A DNA stretch of 64,000 nucleotides from Glaucostegus cemiculus (taxonomy: Eukaryota). This document shows, piece after piece, positions 23,223 through 37,127 of this stretch. The stretch lies in NCBI GenBank assembly GCA_976551045.1, contig CDPCPM010000106.1, positions 22,444,001-22,508,000 on the forward strand, read 5' to 3'. The first letter of the stretch is position 1; each line of letters opens with the position of its first letter. Under the pieces are notes generated by a model. That model did not search any database. It worked only from the letters and a program-made list of their open reading frames with translations, and had not been told where the DNA came from. The position numbers and the translations under genes are program-made.

Positions 23223-24992
23223 GTATTTCATTTTTTATGTGTTTTTTTTCATCTGTTATATTAATTTATTTAATTAAATCTCTGCTTCTCTATTTTTATG
23301 TTCCATTGATTTTCACTTAGTTTGATTTGAGTTTCTTCATATTGTTTCTGTTATAGTTTTTGGTTGAATTTTAGCACATGTTCCAAGGCTGTCTCTAAGG
23401 AGTATAAAAGGTGCGATTAAAGTAACCTTTTCCAAACTAACTTGCTGAGAACCAACTTTCTTTAATCAGTCTTAAAAATAATAGCCTAAAAATTCAACTG
23501 CATAGAACAACAGTTATAATGATTCCTTAGTAAATTCGTGCCACAACAGAAATTTCAGGAGGGTACATTCAATTGTAAATAACAGTTGCAGGGTTTGAGC
23601 ATTTTCCAAGTCAAGGCATATACATGAGAGCATTGCCAGGCGATGTTAGCAGTCTCAGTCCAACCAAGTTGTTCTGCAGCAGGGTAATTTAAAGCCTGAG
23701 TATCGTCTGAGACTGGTGCTTGGAATCATCCAATTTCCAGTCCCAGTCACTAGAACCAAGCCAATTCTCACTACCCACCCACTCACCCACCCCATAAGCC
23801 CTTCTGACCACAAATTACAAGACCCTGACTCATTGACTCCACCACCTGTCAGTCACTGATCATGGCCCCAACCCATCACTCACTGTCATGCAAATCTCAT
23901 CGCCTGCGTGTCATTCCATTTTATGACCTTACCTGCATCTTCCAATCTATAACGCTCTTTCCCCCCGCCCCTCTTAAATCTACAGATTCCCCGACCCTAT
24001 CGCAGGCCATCTACCCCCTAACACCTGGGTCCCTTCCTGTTCTCCTACTTGCCTCTGTGAACAACAGTGAATTTCTGGGTCATTGTCTTGTTGTTTTACA
24101 AATCAGAATGTTTTCTTCAGTTTTCTTCCTCATCTGCAGTACTGGATGTCTCAATATGTCTTGACACATTGTGCTATTCTTAAATATTTTAAAATAAAAT
24201 AAAATGCACTGAAGTGTTGTCAGATTAATGTAGTAATCAAAAATTCAAATATATTTAGGTATATAATCACAATAACCATACCACCTTGACCATTTTAGAA
24301 ATCTGTTGATTTGTTTTAAAAAAGGATTATTTTATTTAGGAGTTAACACTACTTTGATTCTTCATAACATAATCATTTAATTGTTGCATACCAAAGGCCA
24401 GCTCAGACCCATCTACCATCCAAGGTAAATGGAGTAAACACATTTGGAATAAGGGTTTCGTCTAAGTTCTGTGGATACTTACAATAAAATAGTCAAATAG
24501 GTTGAAAGAAAAAATGTTTTAAAAGCAGGAACAGGGAAATGAATCTTCAGATATTTAGTATTTTAGTTTAACTATGGATTTTCTCTCAAAATATATTTCC
24601 CTTATTCAAATTGCATTTAGTTTTAAATGGCATCTATTTGGTTTTAAGAGCTTTAACTTTTGTGGGGATTAACAAGTAACAATTCATAATTGATACATAG
24701 AACAGCTATGCTATGACTAACTTTTAGGTTAATTTTAGCTTAAAATAATTTAATGACGTAACTAGAGCTGAGGAAGGCATATAATTCTGTATTATAAGAG
24801 GAGGTTTTAAGAATGGCTGCTCATCTCACTGTACTTTCAGCACTGGTAAAAGCAGCTGCTCTTTAATTTTACTTTCTTTTGGCTGCAATTCAATTTTAGT
24901 TCCCTGGTGTTAGAACCATGAGAAGTAGGAATGATGTTTCCATAGAAACCTCACCATCCTTTTATTAAGCAGCTGCAATGATCTTTTTGTAG

Positions 24993-25077
24993 GCTCTGAA
25001 TGATGACATTATATCCCGGAAGAAGAATGTAGATCAAGCAGTTAGAAATGGGCAGGCCCTTCTTAAACAAACCACAG
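24993..25077 (+). CDS. MACF1: MACF1 exon (ALNDDIISRKKNVDQA...LLKQTT), phase 0-1
   Basis: tttttgtag| and |gtaaca, 85 nt. Not in the ORF track; translated manually. Confidence 0.95.
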
Positions 25078-27187
25078 GTAACAGTTCAGAAAAATTTACA
25101 ACATTTATTTTGAGTATTTGGTGTCTACTTTCTACATATATTTTGATGGTGCCTGTAGTTACTGAACACTGAACTTGTACAATAAATGGCGAAGGATTTT
25201 TCTTTGTTCAAGGATGTAAACTTTATTCAAGTCTTTTAATTCATTTATTCTGTGTTGCCATTGTGTTGTCACTTGAAGTCCAACATCCATTGTAATCTAT
25301 ACATAAAGACACCATCTGCCCAGTTCCTGGCATCAAGAGTTGCAGTTGTAACAAATCCCTTTCACATCCTTAGTAGTGAATGCTAAATATGCACTCCTTA
25401 GAAACATGTCAATTAATGCTCGACAAGGCAATAAGATTTCCTTTTAAAAAAGGAAATTACATTCCAATCTTAACTTTTTTTCAACTTTTTTATCATTTGG
25501 ACCTTTTCTATCAAATTAGAAACAGAATTTCTGAATTATAATTGCCTACAGGATATAAATTTTGATTTTATGCAACTTCTATGTTATTGATCAAAGATCT
25601 CTATCAAAGATCGCAAACAAGCAGCCTGGTTCTCATCTTTCTCTTGAACTGGCTGCTAAGAGATGGCAGAATTGAACACTTGATTTTTTTTAAAACTTCC
25701 TCCCTAGTCTTTGCAGTGCAGCCTTTAACAGCAGAACCTTAGTTGGAAACTTGGTAGAGATTGTGGGCATGAATTGGATGTTGTAACTTTGGGGCAGGGA
25801 GGCACTGTGCCATCCTGCAGTACTTAATTGAGTGAGATCCTTATCTTATGGCAACAGTAATAAGAACATGTCTGAAACATATTTGATTTTACAGTCAATC
25901 TTGTCCTCATGAGATCCTCGAAAATAGCGTGTGTTAATTTGAGAAAAGTTTCCAAATATGATACAAGACTGTTACCACTCTCCATGAGAAGTTTTTCAGA
26001 AAAAGAACAGCAGGTGTTCAATTCTGTTTTTCAGCTGCATTCTCACTTCAGCAGTAATCAGGTCACTTGTCTCCACGTTAGTTATCCACAGCTTTCTGAA
26101 GTCGGTTTCACAAAGCAACTTGCATTTTGTTGCTTTTGAATGAGTGGCTTCCTATCAATTTAATGCAGTGAAAGCCAAGTTATGTTGGTTTAGTATTTAG
26201 AATTCTGAACTTATTTGAAAAATAATATGTAAGGAAAATTTAATTTTGGCATGTTATCACATCAGTCCCTAATATCCTCTTGACAAAAGTTTCCATGGGT
26301 ACACTGAATACTGTTTTGCTGAGCGCCAACCTTAAAAATGCTTACGTGATGTGGAATTTTGTTACCTTGAATTGTGATTAGTTGCTAAGCAAATCAAATT
26401 TTTAAAACAAAAGAAACTCATATTTATTCACACACAATCTTGATGCACAATCACAAAGGTTAAGAACAAGATAAGAAAATATATTAGTTCAAGATAGTGC
26501 ATTGCATGCTATTACCAATTTCCAGTCTGCCTGATTTTGTTTTTAAATAAGACCTTCACCACTGGGGCACCTGCAATTTAGTTGCATTCTCCTGACTTTG
26601 CTGAGCAAAGCAACATGGCTGTTTGTGCATAAGCATATACAAAGCTGTAAGTGCAAATGTGCAAAATGAGAATATGTGCAATTTTGTGGTTGGTTAATTT
26701 TGAGATACATACTTATTCATTTATCCCTGTTGGTTGTGCTAAACACGTTATGCCATGGCAAAAGTAGGTCGTACTCTGGCTCTGAAATTCATTCCACTGA
26801 AGTTAGTGGAATACGTTTCAAAGGCAGGGTTAACCCCAGTTCCCCACAGTTCATAGTGCACTTGAAGCTACAGCGTGAAATGAATTTCTAAGCAAACAGT
26901 CAAAATAATACTCGGAGTCCTGCAAGTAAGACCAAATCTCACGTCAGCTATTTATTGCTGAGATTTTATAATGTTTTAAGTTGGCGATTTTCTACCTTAC
27001 TGTGAATCAAATATTAGAGCAATGTTTAAAACAAAACTGTGAAATATGCCTGTAGTATGCAGGTGTATTGACAATGTAACTTTTAATACCTGTTTAAATA
27101 ATTTGTTAATTTCATTGAATATTCACATGGTCTTATTTCTTTGAGGTTAACCACCCAGTATTTTGTTTACTAATATTGTTTTCTTAG

Positions 27188-27429
27188 GTGAAGAGGTGAT
27201 TATAATTCAGGAGAAATTGGATGGTATTAAGAGTCGTTATGCAGAAATTACTACCTCTAGTTCCAGGGCGTTGAAAACATTAGAGCAGGTTCTGCAACTT
27301 GCCACAAAATTCCAAGCCTTCAACGAAGAGCTTTGTGGCTGGCTTGATTCAGTGGAAGCTGAGCTTACTGCAACCACGCCACAATCACCAATTGGAGAAC
27401 AGATTCCACAGCTCCATGAGAGACAGAAG
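27188..27429 (+). CDS. MACF1: MACF1 exon (GEEVIIIQEKLDGIK...HERQK), phase 1-0
   Basis: ttcttag| and |gtaagc, 242 nt. Residues fit MACF1 better than the paralogue DST as I recall them. Confidence 0.95.
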
Positions 27430-27519
27430 GTAAGCAGAACAGTCAGACATCCAGACTCGACAGAAGTACGTTGTGAGAGGAAGGAAAATGGGATAATGTA
27501 TCTGTGTTCTTCCAGTAAT

Positions 27520-28270
27520 CAAAGAATATGAGAAATAGCAGGGGTAGGTCAAAGGACCCCTCAAACCTCCTCTGCCATTCAGTTAAATAATGTGCGCTCT
27601 GTATCTCAAGTACCTTTACCTACCTCGTACCTCTTTACTCCCTCACTGTCTAGAATCTGCTGATCTCAAGATTGAATGTTGTCAGTCACAGAGCACCATG
27701 AGCCATCTGATAACCATCAAGATTTGCACCACTCTTGAGCAAAGAGATTTCACTTCATGTCAGTTGTAAATGTCCAGGACCCTAATTTGTCCAGCAGAAG
27801 CAGCATCTCATCGTCAATCCATTTCAAATGTATTGTTTCAACAGCGTCACCTCTTTTCTAAGTGTTCTCCAGTAGCTCCTCATGAGACAACTCCCAAATT
27901 CCAAGACTCAACATGCTGTCTCCAAGGGGAGAATATCCTTCCTTAGGTGTGGAGCCCCAAGTTGCACACTGTACTCAATCCAAAGCCCGTCCATATGTAC
28001 AAGGTGTTAATCTAGATCCCCAAATCCCTTGCAGTGAAGGTTGATGTATCATTTATCATCAAAATTGCTTGCCAAACCTACACATTAACTGTCTACATTT
28101 CAGGAATCTGCTCACCTAGGTCTCATTGTACACCAACATTGGCTGGTTTCTCACCATTTACAATGTATTGCCTTCTGTTCTTCTTTGCATTCTGGCATTT
28201 TCTGCCACCATCATGTCTACTCATTTATCCTGTGTGGAACTCTTGATATTCTTTTCCTAGCTCACTTTCC
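27520..28270 (-). mobile_element. Old CR1-like LINE 3' fragment
   Basis: aagaatatgagaaatagcaggggtaggtc...ctgccattc and atatccttccttaggtgtggagccccaagttgcacactgtactc resemble reverse-strand CR1 ends. Confidence 0.6.
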
Positions 28271-28731
28271 CAAATGGCCTCGCATCATTGTTTGAAAATA
28301 AAATGCTGTGTTTATTTATTTACGACTTTTTCATGTAAGTTCAGTGAAAGTGGCTTTTATTCCATGTCTCACGTTTCTGCGCAGTGATTTGTGAATTCAG
28401 TAAGGCTAAATCACTATTGGTGGGGGTCATTTGTACTCTTTTGTTTCCTTTAACCAGTCCATGATAATATGATAATCTAACCCCTTAAATTCCACCTTAT
28501 GTAATGGCTTTTGAAATTTAGATGTGCTATATCCTCTTGATCTTCCTTGTCTAATCAAGTAGTTAATCACAAAAACCCAGATTGTTACTTGCTCCCTTTT
28601 ATAAACAATGCTGATTCTGCCAAACTGTATTTTGATCGAATTGCCCTGCCACTATGCAGAAGTATCTGATGTGTTCAATTAAATAATACAGATGATGTTC
28701 TGTTGAACTGATTAACAAGCTTAATGTTCAG

Positions 28732-28938
28732 GAGTTGAAGAAAGAAGTAATGGAATACAGGCTGGTCCTGGACACCATTAATGAAGTGAGCAATGCATTA
28801 CTGGAGTTGGTGCCATGGAGAGCACGAGAGGGCCTGGATCGACAAGTGGCAGAAGCCAATGAACGGTACAGAACGGTCAGTGACACTGTGACACAGAAAG
28901 TTGAAGCAATAGATGCTGCTATTCAGAGGTCACAACAG
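28732..28938 (+). CDS. MACF1: MACF1 exon ([14 protein letters not shown]...AIQRSQQ), phase 0-0
   Basis: tgttcag| and |gtaggt, 207 nt, contains [14 protein letters not shown]. Confidence 0.96.
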
Positions 28939-30774
28939 GTAGGTTGAATTTAATATGCATGTTTGTTCATTAGTTTAACCATGTAAGTTTTATGTCCAGG
29001 TGTTCTTAAAAACTAAGTGAGATTGACCAGGACAAATAGTGAATACTGCAAACACGACTGCAAAGTAAACATGAACAGGAGCTGTAAGATGTTTATTGTA
29101 GCAATAATATCTGAAGAGTGGGATTGTGCAAATTGTATCCTGTATGGCCCATGAGTTGCAGAAATCTGGACTGGAAGTTGACTTACCTCCTTACTACTTA
29201 TGATTCAATGATTGCTCCTCTTAGAATTTTATAGGCCCGTACTTAGTGACTTTGATGATGGCTTGGGAACAGATTGCTTGCTCTTCAGTCAGAAATGGAT
29301 TATAATATAAAGATATCTGGGGAAGAGAAGAAAACCCCTCACATTATCTTCTAGTGAGTCATTGTTGATAATAACCTGAGTAATATAGATACTGTAAACT
29401 ACCTGTATTCTGGCATGATTGTTGATAATCAGAGGCAAATGTTGCCCCATCTGCTATATAACGGCTCTATAAATGCACAAGCAGAATATGTTTGACCCTA
29501 AACTAACCTCATATCTTTCATAATAAATATTGCCAGCTCCTAACTAAGCTCCACCGCTGGTCCTACCTCAATCCATCCATTGATGAAATCTTTATTTGAG
29601 TCTTCAAGACTTGATTATGTCTTATTTTTTCCTGACCTGGCATACTCTTAAGAGTTCTTAAAACCCATTTCCAGCAACCTTATAAACTGCTTTCTTTGAT
29701 ACAGTGTCAGTTTTCCTTGCATCCTTGGAGTAAATTAAATGGTCCTCTGTTATATGATGCGAATATCAAAACCCATTGCTACCAGAGATACCTTCCCCAA
29801 ACTCCAAGAAAAGTAACAACAAAATAATTTGTTTATGCATGTGATAATTTTGAAGTTTATTTTTGTGTGCATGTGAATCAACATTCTGGTACTGTAGTGT
29901 GAATTCACTGACCATTACAGCAATGGCCTAGGTAAGCCTAGATATTTGCGTGCTACTTGTTGCAAACATTAAAAATCTGTTTCATATTTGTACTTTGGCT
30001 TCCTTGCTGGATAGCACATTCACCCTTTGATGATTTGCAGAATGTAATGTATATTACATAAGATGCCCCAAATGATAGTGTTTCCATAAACTGGAGGAAC
30101 GACAGAATCTAACCAATATCTTCCAGCAAATGGAACGTCTAAAGTAGAAATTAAATTTACCTGATTTAATATTTCCTATACTTGCATGGTTGTCTAATAC
30201 TTGCTTAAAGCTGTGAAATAATTTTGAAAATTATTAAATGTATTTTTTTCTGAATGGGCATACAATTGAAATCAGTAACATTATTTGTAAAGATGTGATC
30301 TAGCTTAACTGACCAAATTGCTCAGTTACAACCAGGTCACATCTTTACAAATGGTTATCAGCATCACAGACAAAAGTCTAGACTACTCTTTCTGCATCAG
30401 GAAAATGGGTACCAGTCGGTGATTTTATGATATAAACTCATGATTGACGATAAGGACAAGTCATTACACAAAAATGTCCTTATTAATGTTGTCAGTTTTA
30501 ATTCAGAGGCAATGGTCGCTTAATAATCAAAAGATGGTGGTGTATTTTTTTTTACCATATATGGTTTCACTTTGCTTTAAAGTCTGTACACATTTGCGCA
30601 CTTAAGAATGTTTGAAAGCAGTCGATCACACACTAGTTTTCTGTGGCCTAGTATTTATAAGCTACCAAATATTTATATATATTCAGTTTACCATGTTTGT
30701 GGGTGTTTTATTTGTATATATGAGAATGGTTTACATGATCCTAACTCTTGGTTCATATATCAGTAACTGGTAGC

Positions 30775-31905
30775 CTTGACCCCAAATAAATCTGATAAAT
30801 CCCCAGAACCTGATGACCCTCATCTTGAGGTTTTTGAAGAGGAAGGTATGAAGATAGTGGAAACAGTGGAAATTATCTTGTATAATTTCATAGATTCTAG
30901 GAAGGTTCTCACCAATTGGAAGGTAGCAAATGTAACCCCACCAGATAGGAGAGGGGGAAAATGGGTATCTACAGACTAATTAACCTGACATCAGTAGTAA
31001 AGAAAATGCTAAAATCCTTTATTCAGGCATTTAAAGGAAATGAAAATAGGATTGGTCAAAACCAACATAGATTGACACATTTTCTAGAGATTTTCAAGGA
31101 GGATTCAGATACACCAGGGCATATAGTATAATCAGACTGAGTGAATGGACAAGGACTTGACAGATAGAATAGAGTGTGGCAAAATGTGAGGTCAATCACA
31201 TTGGTAGAAAAGAATAGAAGGACAGAGTATTTTTTAAATGATGAGAGCTTGAAAGTTGTTGGTGCTCAGCAGGACCACGGTATTCTTATATGCAGATCAC
31301 TGAAGGTGACTGTGCAAATACAGCAATCAGTTCGGAAGGCAAATGATATTCTGGCCTTTATTGAAAGAGGAATTGAACGCAAGAGTAAAGACATTTTACT
31401 GTGATTATGTAGGGCCTTGATGAAAAATTATGTACAAATGTACAAGGATTTACTTGCAATAAGAGGAAGTGCAACAAAGATTAACCAGTTTGATTCCTGG
31501 GACATGGGAGTTGTCTTGTGAGAAGAATGTAAGCAAACTGACCTTATATTTTCTTGGGTTTAGAAGAATGATAGCTAATCTCATTGAAATGTGCAAAATT
31601 CTTATGGGGCTTGACATAATTAATGCAGTGATGGAGTTTCCTCTGGCTATCAGTCTCAGCTGGAGTTGGCCATTAGTACTGAAGAAGTTTCTTCATCCAG
31701 CGAGAAGTAAATCTTTGAAATCCTGTGGTCAAGGCTGAGTCACTGAGCTTATTCAAAACAAATGCTTAGATATTAGAGGAATTGTGGAATATGCAACCTA
31801 TGCAGGAAGATGGTACTGAGGTACTAAGTCAGCCATAATCTTGCTGAATTGTGGAGCAGGTTGCAAGATGCTGAATGACCTACTCCTGCTTCTGCTTCTT
31901 ATGTT
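30775..31905 (+). mobile_element. CR1-like LINE, internally deleted and decayed
   Basis: ORF remnants DKSPEPDDPH..NWKVANVTP; QIQQSVRKANDILAFIERGIE; QQRLTSLIPG; tail ctgaatgacctactcctgcttct...cttatgtt. Confidence 0.85.
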
Positions 31906-31982
31906 TATATAAATGTTTGGCTACAGCTTATTGCAGTATTGTGTGCTTCATCACAAATATTTGTTTATTGTTGTTTGTTTAA

Positions 31983-32154
31983 CCCTTTAAGGGCTAATTA
32001 TCCACAAAAAAATAAATCGTATAAGATTATTTAGTTTGTTCCTGCTTTCAAGTGCAATTTTGCAGAAGAGCAGTATTTTCAGATTAAGTCTGTTTAATAG
32101 AAACAGAAGATCTGGCCTGCAACATTCTGTTGAACAAATTTTGCACTCAAAGGG
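31983..32154. mobile_element. Candidate piggyBac-like MITE remnant
   Basis: TTAA|CCCTTTaagggctaa ... ttgcactcAAAGGG|TTAA: TTAA on both flanks and imperfect terminal inverted repeats starting CCCTT. Confidence 0.4.
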
Positions 32155-33119
32155 TTAAATCTGGCTATGATTTTTGAATCCTTTGTTTCCATGATTTTCT
32201 CCACTATTAATCCAGACTTTTTTTTCTACCTTCTAGTCTCTCCTCTTAGAGTCTTGAAGATATGTGCAGAATTTAAATGAAATATTCTAAGTTATTGCCA
32301 AATGTTTGCTGTACTTTAATCATGAATTAGGTACACAACATCTTACAGCAGCAATATTTTAAAATAATAATACGACTTGCAACTTTTTTCTTTAATGGAA
32401 CCAGTGCAATTGATCCTTTGCCTTACAGCAGGATAGAGATGATTTTGAAGCTATTCAATATGTTCTAATAACTCAAAATATCTGACATTATTTCCCTACA
32501 ATTTTTAGTACCTTGCAAGATAAAAAAGTTAACTAGCAGTTATCCTACATTTCTTTTACCTGCCACTCTTCAAGTTTGCTTTGACAAATATGTTTTATGA
32601 AGTGCTTTAACCCTCTCCTATTCAACCTTAATGAACCCAAGCCAGTGTGAACAACTGATTTCTCTTCCCATCTTTTCTTTTCTCAATTTGACTTGCATTA
32701 TTATATGTCCAAATCAGAACATGTAGATCAGAGCAGGCAGCTAAGTATAAGTTATGGAGAACCTCACGAAATCACAAATACTTTAAGCAAGATTTAACTT
32801 CCACTAGACAAGAGAACTGAAGTTGGCATTCTTGGAATTTAAATTCAGAAGTTTTGTAAAGTCTGTTCCTTTTAATATTGTCAGTTATCTTCCTTTAAAA
32901 AAAATTGTTCAACAAATATTGAATTGGAAATAGTCTTGAGGTTTTAGGGATGTCTGGATGAGAATACTTTAATCCTACTCAGCTGAGTCAGGTAATCTAC
33001 TATAATTCAAAGCAGAAATAAATAGTTAATTTATTTAGTTAAATAGATTTAGTACAGTTTCATTTAATGGTCTTTGAGTGATATATTAGAATTAATATAT
33101 TCTAATAGATAATTGACAG

Positions 33120-33302
33120 ATGAACAAGAGATTGCTGGAAATCTACAGCAACACACAAAGGTGCTGGAGGAACTCAGTGGGTCAAGCAGAATCTATGGAG
33201 GGAAGGGGACAGTCAACGGTTCAACCAAAAAAATCAACACAAATGGACACAGCAACTATCCATTTCCCTTCATAGATGCTACCTGACCCACTGAGTTCCT
33301 TC
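33120..33302. mobile_element. Fold-back element (same family as 17850-18041) with flanking direct repeat
   Basis: Arms ggaggaactcagtgggtcaagcagaatctatggaggg / cccttcatagatgctacctgacccactgagttccttc. Flanked by agataattgacag at 33107-33119 and 33303-33315. Confidence 0.8.
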
Positions 33303-33474
33303 AGATAATTGACAGTAGCCATGTTATATGGTTTGTGAAATGAACTGGCTCAGTGTATGAAGTGACCATTTTACAGTCCATACTCTTGTTCCTAAACAGT
33401 AGATTCACATGAGTTGACAAGTTATAAGATTTTAACTGGTAGCATTTGGTAAACTAAAGTGTGCAAGGACAATA

Positions 33475-33780
33475 TACAACATAGAACAGTACAGCACAAT
33501 ACAGGCCCTTCAGCCCACAATGTTGTGCCGATCTTTAAACCTTGCCTAAGACTATCTAACCCCTTCCTCCCACCTATCCCTCCATTTTAAATTCCTTCAT
33601 ATGCTTATCTAGTAATCTCTTGAATTTGACCAATGTACCTGCCTCCACCATTGCCCCAGGCAGCACATTCCATCCCCCAACCACTCTCTGGGTAAAAAAC
33701 CTTCCTCTGATACCTCCCTTAAAATTCCTACCCACTACTTTAAAGCCATGCCCTCTTGTATTGAGCATTGGTGCCTGGGA
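33475..33780 (-). mobile_element. Young HER1/CR1-like LINE 3' end (5'-truncated)
   Basis: ORF 33574-33768 encodes TRGHGFKV..RGRFFTQRVVGGWNVLP..VEAGTL..FKRLLDKHM, the CR1 ORF2 C-terminus. Tail reverse complement aacatagaacagtacagcac..aggccct. Confidence 0.9.
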
Positions 33781-34681
33781 TATCTGAGATGATAAATTAT
33801 AATTCTAACAAGAACAATTGAGCCACCTCCTCTTGAGTGGAGAAGGCAAAAAAAAGACTTGACAAGAATTTTTCAAATTGTATACAACTTTGAGGCAAAA
33901 CTATTTCCTCTGGGTAGCAGTATAAAATCCTTGCTGAAAATGAGGAGATGGAGTCAAAAAACATCCATGCGCAGTTAACTGTGAGGTTATGGAATGTTTG
34001 CTTCATGGCATCGATGAGGCTAAGAACAAAGATGTAAAAATAAATAATTGCTGTTTATGTGACATGCTGAATATAAACAGTACATTAAAATTGTTACATA
34101 GGAGACGATTAAGTTCAGGGACAAAGCTGAGTGTTGCTAAATATTACTTCCTCTATTCTTTCCCACTTGTCTACACTGCAAATCAAACTCAGACCCCATT
34201 TGGTGATGTCAAGGGTTAATATGGCAAAACAACTTTTATTGAAAAATTTTGAGGGCAAATAAATGTGTTCTGGTCAGCCTTTTAAAGCACTGTCAATTTG
34301 CACTAATCATTATTATGAATGTTCACATTTCATTTTTAAATTAAATGAATTTGTGTGTTTTTAATGAATACATTAGCATATCAATTGGGAAATAATAACA
34401 AATAATTATACATGATTTATATATATATCCATACATATTAACTTTAATTTATTACTGCTGCTGTGTATTTGCATACTATTTAAAATAACTATGAAACTAT
34501 AACAAGTGATGATGATTATAATAATTAAGGTTCAGGGTGATTTTGCTTGGTGTGATTTTCTTTTCTTGCCCTACCTGCGTCTGATTGCAGTTCTGCGTCA
34601 TTTTCATCCGTCTCTTTGTACGTACAGCTGTTTGTCTGCTTTGTTTCCTTAATGTATCCTGCTGCTTCTCCTTTCTGCTAG

Positions 34682-34801
34682 TATGAGCAAGCCACTGACT
34701 CCGAGCTTACCTGGGTGGCAGAAACTGTGCGAAAGTTAACAGCCTTGGGTCCAATAAGGCTGGAACAAGATCAGACAACTGCTCAGCTACAGGTGCAGAA
34801 G
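34682..34801 (+). CDS. MACF1: MACF1 exon ([15 protein letters not shown]...QLQVQK), phase 0-0
   Basis: tttctgctag| and |gtagga, 120 nt, contains [19 protein letters not shown]. Confidence 0.96.
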
Positions 34802-35900
34802 GTAGGAATATGTGGTGTGATGGAATCCTTGTATCTGACAATCTTTCAAACAAACGTTGTGCTTTACTACATATAGAACATTTTATTCACTGCATGACCA
34901 ATAAAATAAAACCCTTTGAAAAGAAGCTATTGTTATATTTTTGGCTTTCACTCAAAAGCCAGAATTATAAGTAATCTCACAAAGACATGACCAAAACAAA
35001 AGAAATGCTCTGGAAACATTAACACTAACAAAAAAGTAAAAAAAAATGCAAATATTACTGCTAATACAGTTTAATTCCTTTCATTTCATTCGCAGCTTGA
35101 AAATAATGGTGGCTATTCCTTTGCACGTTTACATAAATGAGATGGGGTTAAAAGGAACAAATTCTCAGAGACTGTCTTCTATTTCAGTTTAATCTGAATT
35201 CTGTAATGGATAGTGAGGCTACTTTCCATTAGTGAACGTCTGTGTCTGTTTTAAGTGGTAGATTACTGAATCTGTATTAAACCTAAAAACAGATTGGGCA
35301 GGTGGAATTTAAATTTCCATAATCAATTGTGCTCAGTATTTGAGGATATACAGAATCTGTCATCAGATTTAAGATGATTTATCATGTTTCTCTTTACTCC
35401 TCCATAATGTTCCATTGTGCATTAATATTGCTCCCTGGGCTGGTTGTTGACTGCTTTTGCCCTTGGCTGCTGACAAACTGAGTTCATCAAAAGTTTATGC
35501 TCAAATTGTTTTACACAGTCAAATCCAGATGGGATGCTTGTGTCCCCCTTCTCAATAGCCCTTGCATAAAAGACTGAAGTCTGGTTTATTTTAAATGCAC
35601 AGATAGTTGCAGCGTTCCCAAAATATAATCACAGGAGGGGAGCCAGTCTATATCCCCTGATGGACCAAATAAGCAACTAACTCTACAATTCGCATACATT
35701 CCATTTCCATGACAGATAACAATCGGCTGTCTTAAACTCTTGATTTGTTTTATTAAATCTAACTAGGATCCAGGCTTCCATAACTTTGTTTCACCATCAT
35801 GTTAAGAAAACAAAATGAAAATTAGCCATCACTGGCACTGGGGATCTTGTATCAGGGTTACCAATTTCTCATTTTAAGAAATTTACTTTGATGCCTTCAG

Positions 35901-36008
35901 GCCTTTTCAATTGACATCATACGGCACAAGGATTCCATAGATGAGTTGATAAACACACAAGATGAAATTCTTAGTACCTGTGGAGATGAACAAAAGACTG
36001 CACTGCAG
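35901..36008 (+). CDS. MACF1: MACF1 exon (AFSIDIIRHKDS...QKTALQ), phase 0-0
   Basis: gccttcag| and |gtatta, 108 nt. Confidence 0.95.
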
Positions 36009-36337
36009 GTATTATTTTTTGTATTTCTGAAGTATTCTACTATGACTCTAGAGTGGGTATTGCAAACTAAACAAATATATAGGCTCAATGGGTGGTCTTG
36101 GAAATTGTGAATTTGTGTATTTTCCATCTGTAAAATTACTATTTGCCAACCATAATACAAAAAAACTCAATAAACAGAAATATTAACATTGAGGAAAGAT
36201 TTATCATGGTTCTGATATGATATTTTGCTGTTAAGTTATAACACAAACCTAATTATTTTTTAGTCTGATACTTTCACCATGAATTTAATGACAGTGCCAA
36301 GTTTCAAATGCATATGTCCATGTACTTTTACTCATAG

Positions 36338-36556
36338 GAGAAGATGGACTTATTGCAGCAGCAATATGAGATGGTCAGTCAGATGAACACCGAAAGATAC
36401 TCCCAGTTGGAGAGGGCTCAAGTCTTGATTAACCAGTTTTGGGAAACCTATGAAGAGCTATGTCCATGGCTTGATGAGACCAGAACTCTGATAATGCAGC
36501 TCCCACCACCAGCTGTTGACCATGAGATCTTGAAACAACAACAGGAAGAAATGAGG
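36338..36556 (+). CDS. MACF1: MACF1 exon (EKMDLLQQQYE...QQQEEMR), phase 0-0
   Basis: actcatag| and |gtaaga, 219 nt, contains NQFWETYEEL. Confidence 0.96.
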
Positions 36557-37127
36557 GTAAGAGCAACATAGGTTAGACTGTTCACTTAAAGACCTGTTGT
36601 GTATGCATATTCTGGTGTAGATCAGCTACCCAGGTTCTCTTTTGCCACCAGTAGACCATGTGGGATTGAGAAAATGGCAAAAGGTGAAGGGGTCTAAGTT
36701 TGTTGTTTGTACTTACCTACTGAATATGCTGTTCTTTTTAACTAATAAAGCAGAAGACTGAAATAATATTTTGGAGGAGGTATAACATTTCTGGTTATGA
36801 AGTTATAATTTCTGGCTCATTAATTAAGTTTATGTTGTGCAAAATATGAGTAACGTGCTACATCATGTTTATATAAAATTACAAAAAAAGGATTATGTGC
36901 TCTCAACAAGCATCTATACTTGAAGCTGGTCCATGGTGGAGCATAACAATGTTGTACTCATGTCCTGACCCAAATTCCCTTTGGTCGTGGCAGGTATTGA
37001 GAGTGTCAGACAGCCAAACTTGTCCTTTAGTCCTTTTTTTCTTCTTATGATTATCTTAGATCAGAATGTATTGCTTCTGGAATCAGATGCTTTTAGAACT
37101 TAAGACCTATACATTATTTTACAACAG

